Origin: Candidatus Daviesbacteria bacterium
GTDB lineage: Bacteria; Patescibacteriota; Microgenomatia; Daviesbacterales; UBA10151
DNA length: 64,000 nucleotides
Assembly: GCA_016187035.1 (NCBI GenBank)
Contig: JACPKL010000012.1
Coordinates: 8,925 to 72,924, forward strand
Direction: 5' to 3'
Shown here: one piece after another, positions 24,386 to 32,848 of the stretch
Numbering within the stretch: position 1 is the stretch's first letter
How the letters are laid out: each line of letters begins with the position of its first letter
Notes under the pieces: model-generated
What the model was told of the DNA's origin: nothing
The model's database searches: none
The model's input: the letters and a program-made list of their open reading frames with translations, nothing else
Position numbers and translations under genes: made by a program

Positions 24386-25075
24386 ATGAGAATTAGATTG
24401 CAGGATAGGATATTAGCAAGAGAATATAGAAAGCAAGGGTTTAGTTTTTCAGAAATTATGGCAAAAATTCCCCATCTTTCTAAAAGTACTTTGAATGGTT
24501 GGCTAAAAGATATTGAGCTCACCCAACAGCAAAAGGTGAGATTATTTGAAAAGATAAAAAATGGTCCTAGTAAGTCAAGGTTTAAAGGAGCCCTAGCTAA
24601 TCATCAAAAACGGATTGATATAACTAGATATATCGTAAATACGGCTCGGGAAGAAACAAAAAGTATGATTAATAATTCTTTATTTATATTAGGAACTATG
24701 CTTTATTGGGCAGAAGGCGATAAGTGTCAAGAAAGGGTTGGATTTACAAATTCTGATCCAATGATGATTCTTTTGATGATGAAGTGGTTTAGGGAAATAT
24801 GTGGAGTTTCTGAATCTAAATTTAGGATTTTCTTAGCTATTATGACTCTTCATGATGAAAATGGATCAAAAATTTTTTGGTCACGAATTACTAATATACC
24901 ATTAAGTCAATTTAATAAAATCAGGATTAAACAAACCCCCTTAAAAGGTAAAAGAAATCCATCTTATATGGGTACATGTAGAATAGTAGTTTCAGATAAA
25001 AACCTATTTCGAAAAATAATGGGATGGAAATTAGGAATTTTGGAAAATTATAATATATCTGCGCCCATAGCTTAA
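24386..25075 (+). CDS. HTH-domain protein with possible LAGLIDADG-like homing-endonuclease core (tentative)
   Basis: N-terminal HTH (YRKQGFSFSEIMAKIPHLSKSTLNGWLK). LGTMLYWAEGDK ... FTNSDPMMILLMMKWF resembles LAGLIDADG-type motifs. The last 5 codons overlap tRNA-Arg. Confidence 0.35.
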   Translation: MRIRLQDRILAREYRKQGFSFSEIMAKIPHLSKSTLNGWLKDIELTQQQKVRLFEKIKNGPSKSRFKGALANHQKRIDITRYIVNTAREETKSMINNSLFILGTMLYWAEGDKCQERVGFTNSDPMMILLMMKWFREICGVSESKFRIFLAIMTLHDENGSKIFWSRITNIPLSQFNKIRIKQTPLKGKRNPSYMGTCRIVVSDKNLFRKIMGWKLGILENYNISAPIA

Positions 25076-25133
25076 TGGATAAAGCAAGCGCGTTCTAAGC
25101 GTTAGACTGGGGGTTCGAATCCCTCTGGGCGTA
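25061..25133 (+). tRNA. tRNA-Arg (TCT)
   Basis: GCGCCCATAGCTTAATGGATAAAGCAAGCGCGTTCTAAGCGTTAGACTGGGGGTTCGAATCCCTCTGGGCGTA folds by hand into a cloverleaf. The anticodon loop is GTTCTAA, there is a G1-T72 wobble, and CCA is not encoded. Confidence 0.8.
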
Positions 25134-25192
25134 CAATAGAAAATCAGGGAAGGGAAAGGCTTTGTTCAACTTCCGATATTCTTCCTTATATA

Positions 25193-25245
25193 GATTCCGT
25201 GTCAAGCACGGAATGACAAGGTATTGGTAAAAACTGAATAGTTAC
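25193..25245. repeat. solo right half of the MITE (hairpin plus right TIR)
   Basis: gattccgtgtcaagcacggaatgacaaggtattggtaaaaactgaatagttac. Its reverse complement matches the left TIR at 24157..24197. Confidence 0.7.
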
Positions 25246-25308
25246 CTGTTTCTTTCTTGACAGTTCACCATTATTTAGTTAATCTGAAACTATACAAAGA
25301 AAACCCAA

Positions 25309-26018
25309 ATGCAAAGAGGGATTGCTACTTTTACACTAGACTGGGGTACTTGTCCCAAATGGCTGTTTGACAGAATGGTCAGGCTGGGAAAAGAGATGAC
25401 CAGAGTATTGGTTGAGGAATATGGCCCTGATGAATTTATCAAAAGAATCTCAGACCCTGTTTGGTTTCAGTCTTTAGGGACAGTGCTGGCTTTTGACTGG
25501 AATGCCTCAGGTTTGACTACTATTTTAACAGCAGCTTTAAAAGAAGCTATCAGGGGACAGGAAAAGGAGTTATGGCTAATAACCTGGTATATAACTCTAG
25601 GATGTCAGCTGGTATTCTGAAAACATTGATGATCTGATTGTAGAACCACACTCAGGTATAGCTACCCAGATACCCCAATCCTCCACTCAGCACAGAGCTA
25701 GTAACAGATGGCTACCGGACACTTTTAAAAGATATAGAGCTTTTAAGAAAACATTATTCAAAGTACAGCAAAATGATGAAGGTTTCTGTTAATGGAGAAG
25801 AAACTACATTATTAAATCTTTCCCACAATGAATTTAAACACCACCCGGTTGAGCAGGAAGATTTTTGGGACAGTCCTTATTTGATGAAAATTCTGCAAAA
25901 GCTTATCTCTCTTCAGCCTGAAAATTATGAAAAATTATTAGCTACAAAGGGTGTTGGACCTAAAACTATCAGGGCTTTAAGCTTGGTATCTGAGATAATT
26001 TATGGGGCAGCCCCTTGA
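25309..26018 (+). pseudogene. DUF763-family gene broken into fragments
   Basis: 25309..25620 encodes a DUF763-like N-terminus (GIATFTLDWGTCPKWLFDRMVRLGKEMTRVLVEEYGP...). 25773..26018 encodes a C-terminal helix-hairpin-helix-like piece (LLATKGVGPKTIRALSLVSEIIYG). The middle is out of frame or missing. Confidence 0.55.
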
Positions 26019-26109
26019 GACATTAAAACAAGTGGTAATAAAATCCAAAATTAATCCTATTGAAAAAGACAAAGTTTTAAAAAGACTAATGTGATATTAT
26101 TTAGTTTAT

Positions 26110-26184
26110 GCGGGTGTAATTCAGCGGTAGAATGTCACTTTTCCAAAGTGAACGTCAGGGGTCCAACTCCCCTCACCCGCTCCA
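26110..26184 (+). tRNA. tRNA-Gly (TCC) with atypical T-loop
   Basis: GCGGGTGTAATTCAGCGGTAGAATGTCACTTTTCCAAAGTGAACGTCAGGGGTCCAACTCCCCTCACCCGCTCCA has the anticodon loop TTTCCAA and an encoded CCA. The T-loop reads TCCAACT, with C where the near-universal U55 is expected. Confidence 0.75.
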
Positions 26185-28271
26185 TACGGTGGTAAACCAG
26201 AACCGTCTTTAGGTTGATATAACGACCTAAACGGGGTACGCCATTTTATCTCAATAATTCGTTTTTCGTCTACAATGACCTTTTCGAAAAAGGACTGGTT
26301 ATAAAGTGTTCTTTTTGGTGGATCAGAAGTTCTATAAAGCTCGTAAATATCGCCGAGGACATCTATTGTTTTATTAAGGGCAATGAAACTGGCGTCATCT
26401 TCCTGCTCTATTTCATTTAGCCGGACATTAGCGAGGTCAATATCAGCAAAGAGCTTTTCTTTGTCGTAGTCTTTAAGGTCTATGTCTTCCAAACTCTTAG
26501 CAAAATCTCCCAAGCCGTCTATGTCTTCAACCGACTCATCCAAGCTGTTAATGTACTTTTCAAAAAACTTCTTACGTAGGATTTTTCCCTTCTGGACAAC
26601 ATCTTTAAATTCAGTTAAAAATTCACTGTGACTTTTAACACTTTTTCTAAATGCCGCGACTGAACTTTCCAGTCTTTTTAGAAGAACAGTCTGAAAGATA
26701 CCTGCTAAGGCTTGGCCTCTGTGGACTTCCACTAAATCTTTTTTCTCGGCAACCTTGTATTCGGAGAGTTTATAATAGGCAAGAGTAAGATCAGCTTCTA
26801 TTTTTCTTGAAATCTCGGCATAAAGTCCGTCATAGGCTTTATCAAGAGAATAATGTACTTCTTCTAACTTTCTATCTGGGAATTCAATCTTTTTATATTC
26901 GCCTGTTTCTGTTTTGAATTTTGCGTCTTTGTAGTTTTCTCTAATATATTGTCTCGTTCTTCGAATAGAAATTGATTGTAAAACATCGTTAATATGATTA
27001 GCGTTTCCTTTCTGGGCTTTGTTAAATTCTTTTTGTAAATCAAAGATGCCTTGTTTGATAAACATGCGCTTATTATTTTGCCCGATAAGCATAAGCTGAA
27101 AGTAAAAGTCCCAAATAGTGTTATTCATAGGAGTTGCAGTCATTAAAATTACTTTTGGAGTTTTGCCATATGAGCGGATTTTTTCTATAAAGGAAAAGAG
27201 GTTTTCATAGCGGTTAGATATAGGGTTTCTAAAGTTGTGGGACTCATCAATCACAATAAGCGAAATATCGGAGAGCTTTATTTGATGGCGTTTCTCTAAA
27301 TCTTCAAAGTCTAAACCTTCCCCGCCTAAATACTCCTGATGGATGATATTTTCTGAAACACCCAAGTCTTTAAGTTCTGCCTGCCACATTCGGTGAAGCT
27401 GGGCTGGACAAACAACAACAAACTTACGTCTTCTGTAAAAACCAAAATCCTCAATAACTTTTTTGGCAATCCATGTTTTACCAAGACCGACTGAATCTGC
27501 AACCAGTACACCATTATAGTTGGTAAGAGATGAATAAATCCTATTCACTGCGTCTTCTTGAAAGGTAGCAAGATTTACGACACTTTCTGGCAAGTTATCA
27601 TTTTTAGGAGTATCTTTAGGCTCCAACTCTTTCTTTTGAAGCTCGTATAGGGCTTTAATATAAACTTCATAGGGTGAGTATTCCCTTGTGCCTAGCTTTG
27701 AGTTTTTTAATATCTCGATAAGTTCTTGTTTGAAATCGCGGGCTTGCTCCCAGAATTTATCAAACCATTCTTTCTTGACATAAACAGGGTGGGGGTCAAT
27801 CAGAACTGCGTTTAGCTCTGTGTTACCGGCAAGTCCCGAATAAGTAAAGTTGCTAGAGCCAATAATGGCCAAATCATCAAAAATATATGCCTTGCCGTGT
27901 AGAAATGGTTTTTCCAGAAGTTTAACGTCAACGATCTCTTTTTCAAGAAACGAGATAAGGTCTTTGACTGCCTGTGATTTTTTAGAGGTAAAATCTTCGT
28001 TTTCAAGGTCTTCCCTTAAATTCGTTTTGTAAAAAGCTACTGGTTCGAATAAATCCGGTTTTACTTTATCATCAACAGAGGGGGAATGGCCAAGTAAAAG
28101 CCTAAACTTTTTTACTCCCTTAATCTCTTGGGCGACAAGCTCGAAGCCTCCAACATTAAAATATCCGGTGGCAACGTCAAAGTGATTTGGCTGGTCATTG
28201 AGGATGTTTTTTAACTCGGTAAAGAGCTTAATCTTGTCATTATCAATAATTGATTTATTTGGCGTATACAT
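26121..28271 (-). pseudogene. PLD-nuclease / SNF2-family helicase fusion, apparently 3'-truncated (no helicase C-terminal domain); 3' end antisense to tRNA-Gly
   Basis: PLD HKD motif LHGKAYIFDDLAIIGSSNFT. SNF2 N-lobe motifs are ADSVGLGKT (I), VIDESHNFRN (II) and MTATPMNNT (III). I could not find motifs IV-VI. The last 21 codons are the reverse complement of tRNA-Gly. Confidence 0.6.
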
Positions 28272-28275
28272 AAAT

Positions 28276-28470
28276 CTATTTTGTTATCAGCTTAATAATG
28301 TCCTCTTGGTGATAGCGTCTTTCGCCTACACCGCGTCTCGTGCCTACACGAATGGCTTTTAACTTTCCTTTCTTATCCCATCGCCTCAATGTGGTCGGAT
28401 GGACATTAAGGATTTTAGCCACCTGCGCAATAGTCAAAAGCTCTGGTAACTTAATATCGTCTTTTGGCAT
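28276..28470 (-). CDS. excisionase/MerR-type helix-turn-helix DNA-binding protein
   Basis: LLTIAQVAKILNVHPTTLRRWDKKGKLKAIRV matches the Xis/MerR-family HTH. It ends 4 nt upstream of the PLD-SNF2 ORF. Confidence 0.7.
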   Translation of the reverse strand: MPKDDIKLPELLTIAQVAKILNVHPTTLRRWDKKGKLKAIRVGTRRGVGERRYHQEDIIKLITK

Positions 28471-28830
28471 TTTTGGTCACTTTTATATAACAATTCCTAC
28501 CTTTTACGTTAGTAAAAGGCAAGCTCCGCTTATTATGCATAATTGTACAGGTAAAATGCCTACTTAACAATAGTTAAAAGAAGATAAATAAGAGGTAAAA
28601 GTGGCCTATTTTGAGGGATTAGGAAACTTCAAGGCTAAATTAGGCTCCAATTCATACAAAAAATCTGGTAAAATAGGCGAAGAGTTAAATTCTTGGATAA
28701 ATCCTGGCAGTCTGTGTAACAGTACGTCAGGAGCTCCAGACGGGGCAGAGTCTTTTACAATCTTTCCTGTTAGTTTTCTTACATTTAGATGATGTGATTC
28801 TTAAGCAAAAGTAAGAAAATTTAAGCAGTT

Positions 28831-29214
28831 ATGTCAGAAGAAAGAGAGGGAGAAGGCAAATCTCATCAGGAGTTAAGTGAGGGAGATCGTCGAAAAGCAA
28901 GGGTTGTAGCAGGAGAAATCAAAACAGAAATTAACAGGCTTCTTGGAGAAGGAGATGGAGGTATATGGAAAATTGGAAGCAGTACAATGGTAATTACCAC
29001 TAATGAAAGAATACCACCTGGATCAGCATTTAAGGATGCTGATTTTACTGCTGAAGTGTGGACTTCTAGAGAGATAAGACCAGGGGTTAGTGGGAGTCAA
29101 CAGGAACTTTATGCCTTTTTCTCTGATCATAATGTGCTGAAAACAAGTATAGATATAGCGGCCCCTTTAAATGATTTGCTTGATCTTCTTCAACTCGTCC
29201 GTCAAATCCCCTAG
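28831..29214 (+). CDS. hypothetical protein (orphan, G+C-richer)
   Basis: 127-aa ORF with no recognisable motif. Confidence 0.4.
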   Translation: MSEEREGEGKSHQELSEGDRRKARVVAGEIKTEINRLLGEGDGGIWKIGSSTMVITTNERIPPGSAFKDADFTAEVWTSREIRPGVSGSQQELYAFFSDHNVLKTSIDIAAPLNDLLDLLQLVRQIP

Positions 29215-29239
29215 TAGCGGCATGAAAACAATCACACAT

Positions 29240-30235
29240 CTATCCTACCTCGGAGGTGGGAGTGAAGCTACACCTAGGGTTTAATGTGTTAATTAATGTT
29301 TTTAACCCTTTTTCCAGTCCTATTTTTGGTTCCCAGCCTAAGACTTCTTTGGCATGGGAGATATCAGGACAACGCTTTAAAGGATCATCTTCTGGCAGCT
29401 CAGCTATAGATTTTATTTCAGATGTGGATCCTGTCAGCTGTTTGATTTTTTCTGCCAGCTCCTGTATGGTAAATTCCTGAGGGTTTCCCAAATTAAACAC
29501 CTTCCCTTTATTCCCCTTTTCCATGGCTAATACAATCCCTTCTATTAAATCTGAGACATAGCAGAAAGATCTGGTTTGGCTGCCATTACCAAAAATTGGA
29601 ATAGGTTTATTGGCCAAAGCTGCATTGATAAACTCAATCACCACCCTGCCATCATCTGCCATTCTTGGCCCATAAGTATTAAAGATTCTGACTGTTCTGC
29701 CATCCAATCCTTTTGACCTGATGAAAGCAGCAGTAATTGTTTCCCCGAATCTTTTAGACTCATCATAAACTGACCTTGGCCCTAAAGTTGATACATTTCC
29801 CAGATAACTTTCTTTTTGAGGGTGTTCCTTTGGATTGCCATATATTTCAGAGGTGGAGGCAAACAAAAACTTAGCTCCTATTTTTTTGGCCAGTTCACAT
29901 AAATTCCAGGTTCCTAAGGAGTTAACCTGCATGGTTTCAAAAGCCAAAGCATGATAGGACTTGGGGCTGTTAATATTAGGAGAAGCAGGAGAAGCCAAAT
30001 GGTAAATTTGATCTGCCCCGATTAAATCGGGGTTCGCTTCAAGATCCAAAGGTAAAGGTTTTACCACATCTGCTTCAATAAATCTAAAATTAGGGTTTGA
30101 TCTTAAATGCTCAATGTTTTTTAAGTCACCTGTTAAAAGGTTATCAATAGCTATAACTTCATCCCCACGCTGGAGTAACTTATCTACTAAATGTGATCCA
30201 AGAAATCCGGCACCTCCCGTGACTATTATTTTCAT
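29240..30235 (-). CDS. UDP-glucuronate decarboxylase / UDP-xylose synthase-like NAD-dependent epimerase-dehydratase
   Basis: Rossmann motif TGGAGFLGSHL and the catalytic YDESK context. The C-terminal 13 aa (NPRCSFTPTSEVG) and the stop codon are encoded by a REP copy. Confidence 0.8.
   Translation of the reverse strand: MKIIVTGGAGFLGSHLVDKLLQRGDEVIAIDNLLTGDLKNIEHLRSNPNFRFIEADVVKPLPLDLEANPDLIGADQIYHLASPASPNINSPKSYHALAFETMQVNSLGTWNLCELAKKIGAKFLFASTSEIYGNPKEHPQKESYLGNVSTLGPRSVYDESKRFGETITAAFIRSKGLDGRTVRIFNTYGPRMADDGRVVIEFINAALANKPIPIFGNGSQTRSFCYVSDLIEGIVLAMEKGNKGKVFNLGNPQEFTIQELAEKIKQLTGSTSEIKSIAELPEDDPLKRCPDISHAKEVLGWEPKIGLEKGLKTLINTLNPRCSFTPTSEVG
29243..29286 (+). repeat. REP-like palindromic element (RAYT-associated family, subtype A)
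   Basis: tcctacctcggaggtgggagtgaagctacacctagggtttaatg is identical over about 38 nt to the reverse complement of 61102..61140. Confidence 0.85.
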
Positions 30236-30271
30236 TTAAATTAAAACATATCATATTTTCACAAGATTTTG

Positions 30272-31012
30272 CTACTCCCATCTCAGTCCTTGATAAAATC
30301 TAAAAAGTTTTTCAACCATCATCAGCTGATTTGTCTGATTAAAACCGTCTGGATCAACTCTGTGAGTACGAAAACTAGTCTGCAGCCTGCTCATTCCCCA
30401 TGTATCATCAAGTTCTTTAAATGCCTTGCCAAGTCTGTGTTTCATCAAGTTATCTGTTCTATTTAGCTTGTCTAAGACTTGTATATGAAGATTTCTATCA
30501 CCTGGTATGCCATACCCTAAAATGGCATTAGCAAACCTGGCAAAAATAGCATCTCTCAAATCATAAAATGTTACTCTAACCCTATCTGAATCGTTTACTC
30601 CATTCTCAACCCTATCTGCTATTGTCGATACATGACTAATCCATTCTTGTCTTATAGCGTCTCTAGTTTGGATACCTTGCGGACTTATAAAAAAAGCCAA
30701 TTCATATGTTGATGCTGACATTAATAGAGCTCTTCTAGTGTCAGGACCCAGGATTTGAATAACTCCATATGTGATATGTGAGGGATTAATTACATTTCCC
30801 AGGTTAACTAGAGTAGGAGAGCGATGGTTATGAATTATGAATTCTTGCTGGACAATATGAGTAACAGCCATCATTTTTTCATCAACTGGAAGCACCTTGC
30901 CTTGTTTGTCAACTCCGCGAACAAGCTCTTCCTTTAACCTGGTAAGTTTTTCGCTTAATCTGTCCAGTGCCATAAGTTGGGGAATATTATCAAAAAAGTC
31001 TAATAGTTTCAA
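30272..31012 (-). CDS. hypothetical protein
   Basis: 246-aa ORF with no motif recognised. Confidence 0.45.
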   Translation of the reverse strand: MKLLDFFDNIPQLMALDRLSEKLTRLKEELVRGVDKQGKVLPVDEKMMAVTHIVQQEFIIHNHRSPTLVNLGNVINPSHITYGVIQILGPDTRRALLMSASTYELAFFISPQGIQTRDAIRQEWISHVSTIADRVENGVNDSDRVRVTFYDLRDAIFARFANAILGYGIPGDRNLHIQVLDKLNRTDNLMKHRLGKAFKELDDTWGMSRLQTSFRTHRVDPDGFNQTNQLMMVEKLFRFYQGLRWE

Positions 31013-31019
31013 CTTAGTA

Positions 31020-31652
31020 TTATATTTTTCCTCTTTGCAGATTTCTTGCCCTGATTTGTTTACTAATTACTTTACCATACTGGTCTGTCCCATATACATA
31101 TGCTTCTGCAATGCCAAATTCCAATTTAGAAACCTTATCTTCTGTTAAATTTTCCAGATATTTTACCAAAGCCCTTAAAGAATTACCGCTGGCTGTTATT
31201 AATACATTTTCTCCTTTGATTAAATGAGGCAAAATAGCATTTTTAAAATAAGGCACAACTCTTTCGTAAACCTGTTTTAAAGATTCCCCGCCTGCAGGCT
31301 GGTAATTCCAGCTTCTTCTGATTTTTTGAAATTCCTCCTCCCCTACCTGCTTTTGAACTTCCCATTTATTTTTACCTGTAAATTGGCCATAATCCCTTTC
31401 ATTTAAAGCAGTCTCTTCATATGTTGGTAAATCTGGAATATTTAAAACTTTTTTGATCTCATCCAGAGTTTGTTTGGCTCTTTTTAATTTAGAAGTAAAG
31501 CAAACTTCAAATATAATATCCTGAAGTGCCAGGCCGGTTTTTTGGGCTTCTTTTCTGCCTTCCTCATTTAAAGGAATGTCTGTCAGTCCATGCCACCTGC
31601 CTGCTTTGTTCCAATCAGTAATGCCATGCCTGACTAAGACTAAGTATGCCAT
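31020..31652 (-). CDS. gpmA: 2,3-bisphosphoglycerate-dependent phosphoglycerate mutase-like (histidine phosphatase family)
   Basis: LVLVRHGITDWN (RHG phosphohistidine motif), GGESL, and ASGNSLRALVKYL where E. coli GpmA has AHGNSLRALVKYL. Confidence 0.75.
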   Translation of the reverse strand: MAYLVLVRHGITDWNKAGRWHGLTDIPLNEEGRKEAQKTGLALQDIIFEVCFTSKLKRAKQTLDEIKKVLNIPDLPTYEETALNERDYGQFTGKNKWEVQKQVGEEEFQKIRRSWNYQPAGGESLKQVYERVVPYFKNAILPHLIKGENVLITASGNSLRALVKYLENLTEDKVSKLEFGIAEAYVYGTDQYGKVISKQIRARNLQRGKI

Positions 31653-32824
31653 GCCCTCTCTCCTATTTCTTCCTCTATTCTTAACAGCTCATTATATTTG
31701 GCAACCCTGTCTGTTCTGGAAAGAGAACCGGCCTTGATCTGTTCTGCAGCCAGACCAACTGCTAAGTGGGAAATAAAAGTGTCTTCTGTTTCTCCTGATC
31801 TGTGGGAAATAATAGTTTTCCATCCTGCATTTTTAGCCATCTGAACTGTTTGAATTGTTTCAGTTAAAGTGCCAACCTGGTTAGGTTTAATTAAGATGGC
31901 ATTGCCTGCTTTTTCCGAAATAGCTCTTTTTAAAAACTTAATATTAGTAACCAGCAGATCATCTCCCACCAGCTGGATTTTATTACCCAGTTTTTCAGTT
32001 AATTTAACCCACCCTGCCCAGTCTGTTTCCGAAAGCCCATCCTCAATTGAGATAATCGGATACTGCCCGCAATATCTGACTAATGTCTCAATCAATTCTT
32101 CACTACTTTTATTTAGCTGCGATGCTGCCACATCCAACGCTAAACTGATATCACGTCCTAATTTAAAGTTAGAATTTTGGATTGCTGATTTAATAAATTC
32201 CAAAGCCTGGCCATTTCCGCCTTTAACAACAAACCCTCCCTCATCTCCTACAGTTGTGGAAAGGCCATTGGTTTTTAAAATGGTTTTCAACTCCTGGAAT
32301 ACCTTAGTGCCCCAAAGAATCCCTTCAGAAAAGGAAGATGCCCCGTTTGGCACAATCATAAATTCCTGAAAATCTGTTCCAAAATCAGCATGAGCTCCCC
32401 CGTTAATAATATTTATCAAAGGCAAAGGCAGGATAAATTTATTATTACCTGCCAAATTTCCAATATACTTATATAGAGGAATATTCTCAAAACTGGCAGC
32501 TGCTTTGGCAAAGCTTAACGAAACAGACAAAATAGCATTTGCCCCAAGATTGCTTTTATTTTCCGTGCCATCCAGATTTATCATGATCTGGTCTAATTCT
32601 TTCTGGTCTAATTCCAAATTTGTCAACTCTTTGTCTAGCTTGTTATTAACATTTAAAACTGCTTCAGAAGCATCAATAGATACTGCTTCATTTATACCTG
32701 TTGAGGCTCCGGAAGGAACTGAAGCTCTTCCTAATACCCCATTTTCCAAAAAAACATCAGTCTCTATAGTCGGATTTCCACGGCTGTCATAAATTATCCT
32801 GGCATGAATCTTTGCTACTTTCAT
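31640..32824 (-). CDS. eno: enolase (short form, 394 aa)
   Basis: SHRSGETEDTFISHLAV, IKPNQVGTLTET and GASTG motifs. Confidence 0.9.
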   Translation of the reverse strand: MKVAKIHARIIYDSRGNPTIETDVFLENGVLGRASVPSGASTGINEAVSIDASEAVLNVNNKLDKELTNLELDQKELDQIMINLDGTENKSNLGANAILSVSLSFAKAAASFENIPLYKYIGNLAGNNKFILPLPLINIINGGAHADFGTDFQEFMIVPNGASSFSEGILWGTKVFQELKTILKTNGLSTTVGDEGGFVVKGGNGQALEFIKSAIQNSNFKLGRDISLALDVAASQLNKSSEELIETLVRYCGQYPIISIEDGLSETDWAGWVKLTEKLGNKIQLVGDDLLVTNIKFLKRAISEKAGNAILIKPNQVGTLTETIQTVQMAKNAGWKTIISHRSGETEDTFISHLAVGLAAEQIKAGSLSRTDRVAKYNELLRIEEEIGERAWHT

Positions 32825-32848
32825 ATATACATAATATAATACCTGAAT

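Noticed and set aside
26185-28830. A possible integrated prophage or ICE at the 3' end of tRNA-Gly.
   Set aside because: No integrase or recombinase gene was found. I also found no direct repeat of the tRNA 3' end by eye within the next few kb. Only an Xis-like HTH and a truncated helicase gene are present, so I report it as a remnant rather than an element.
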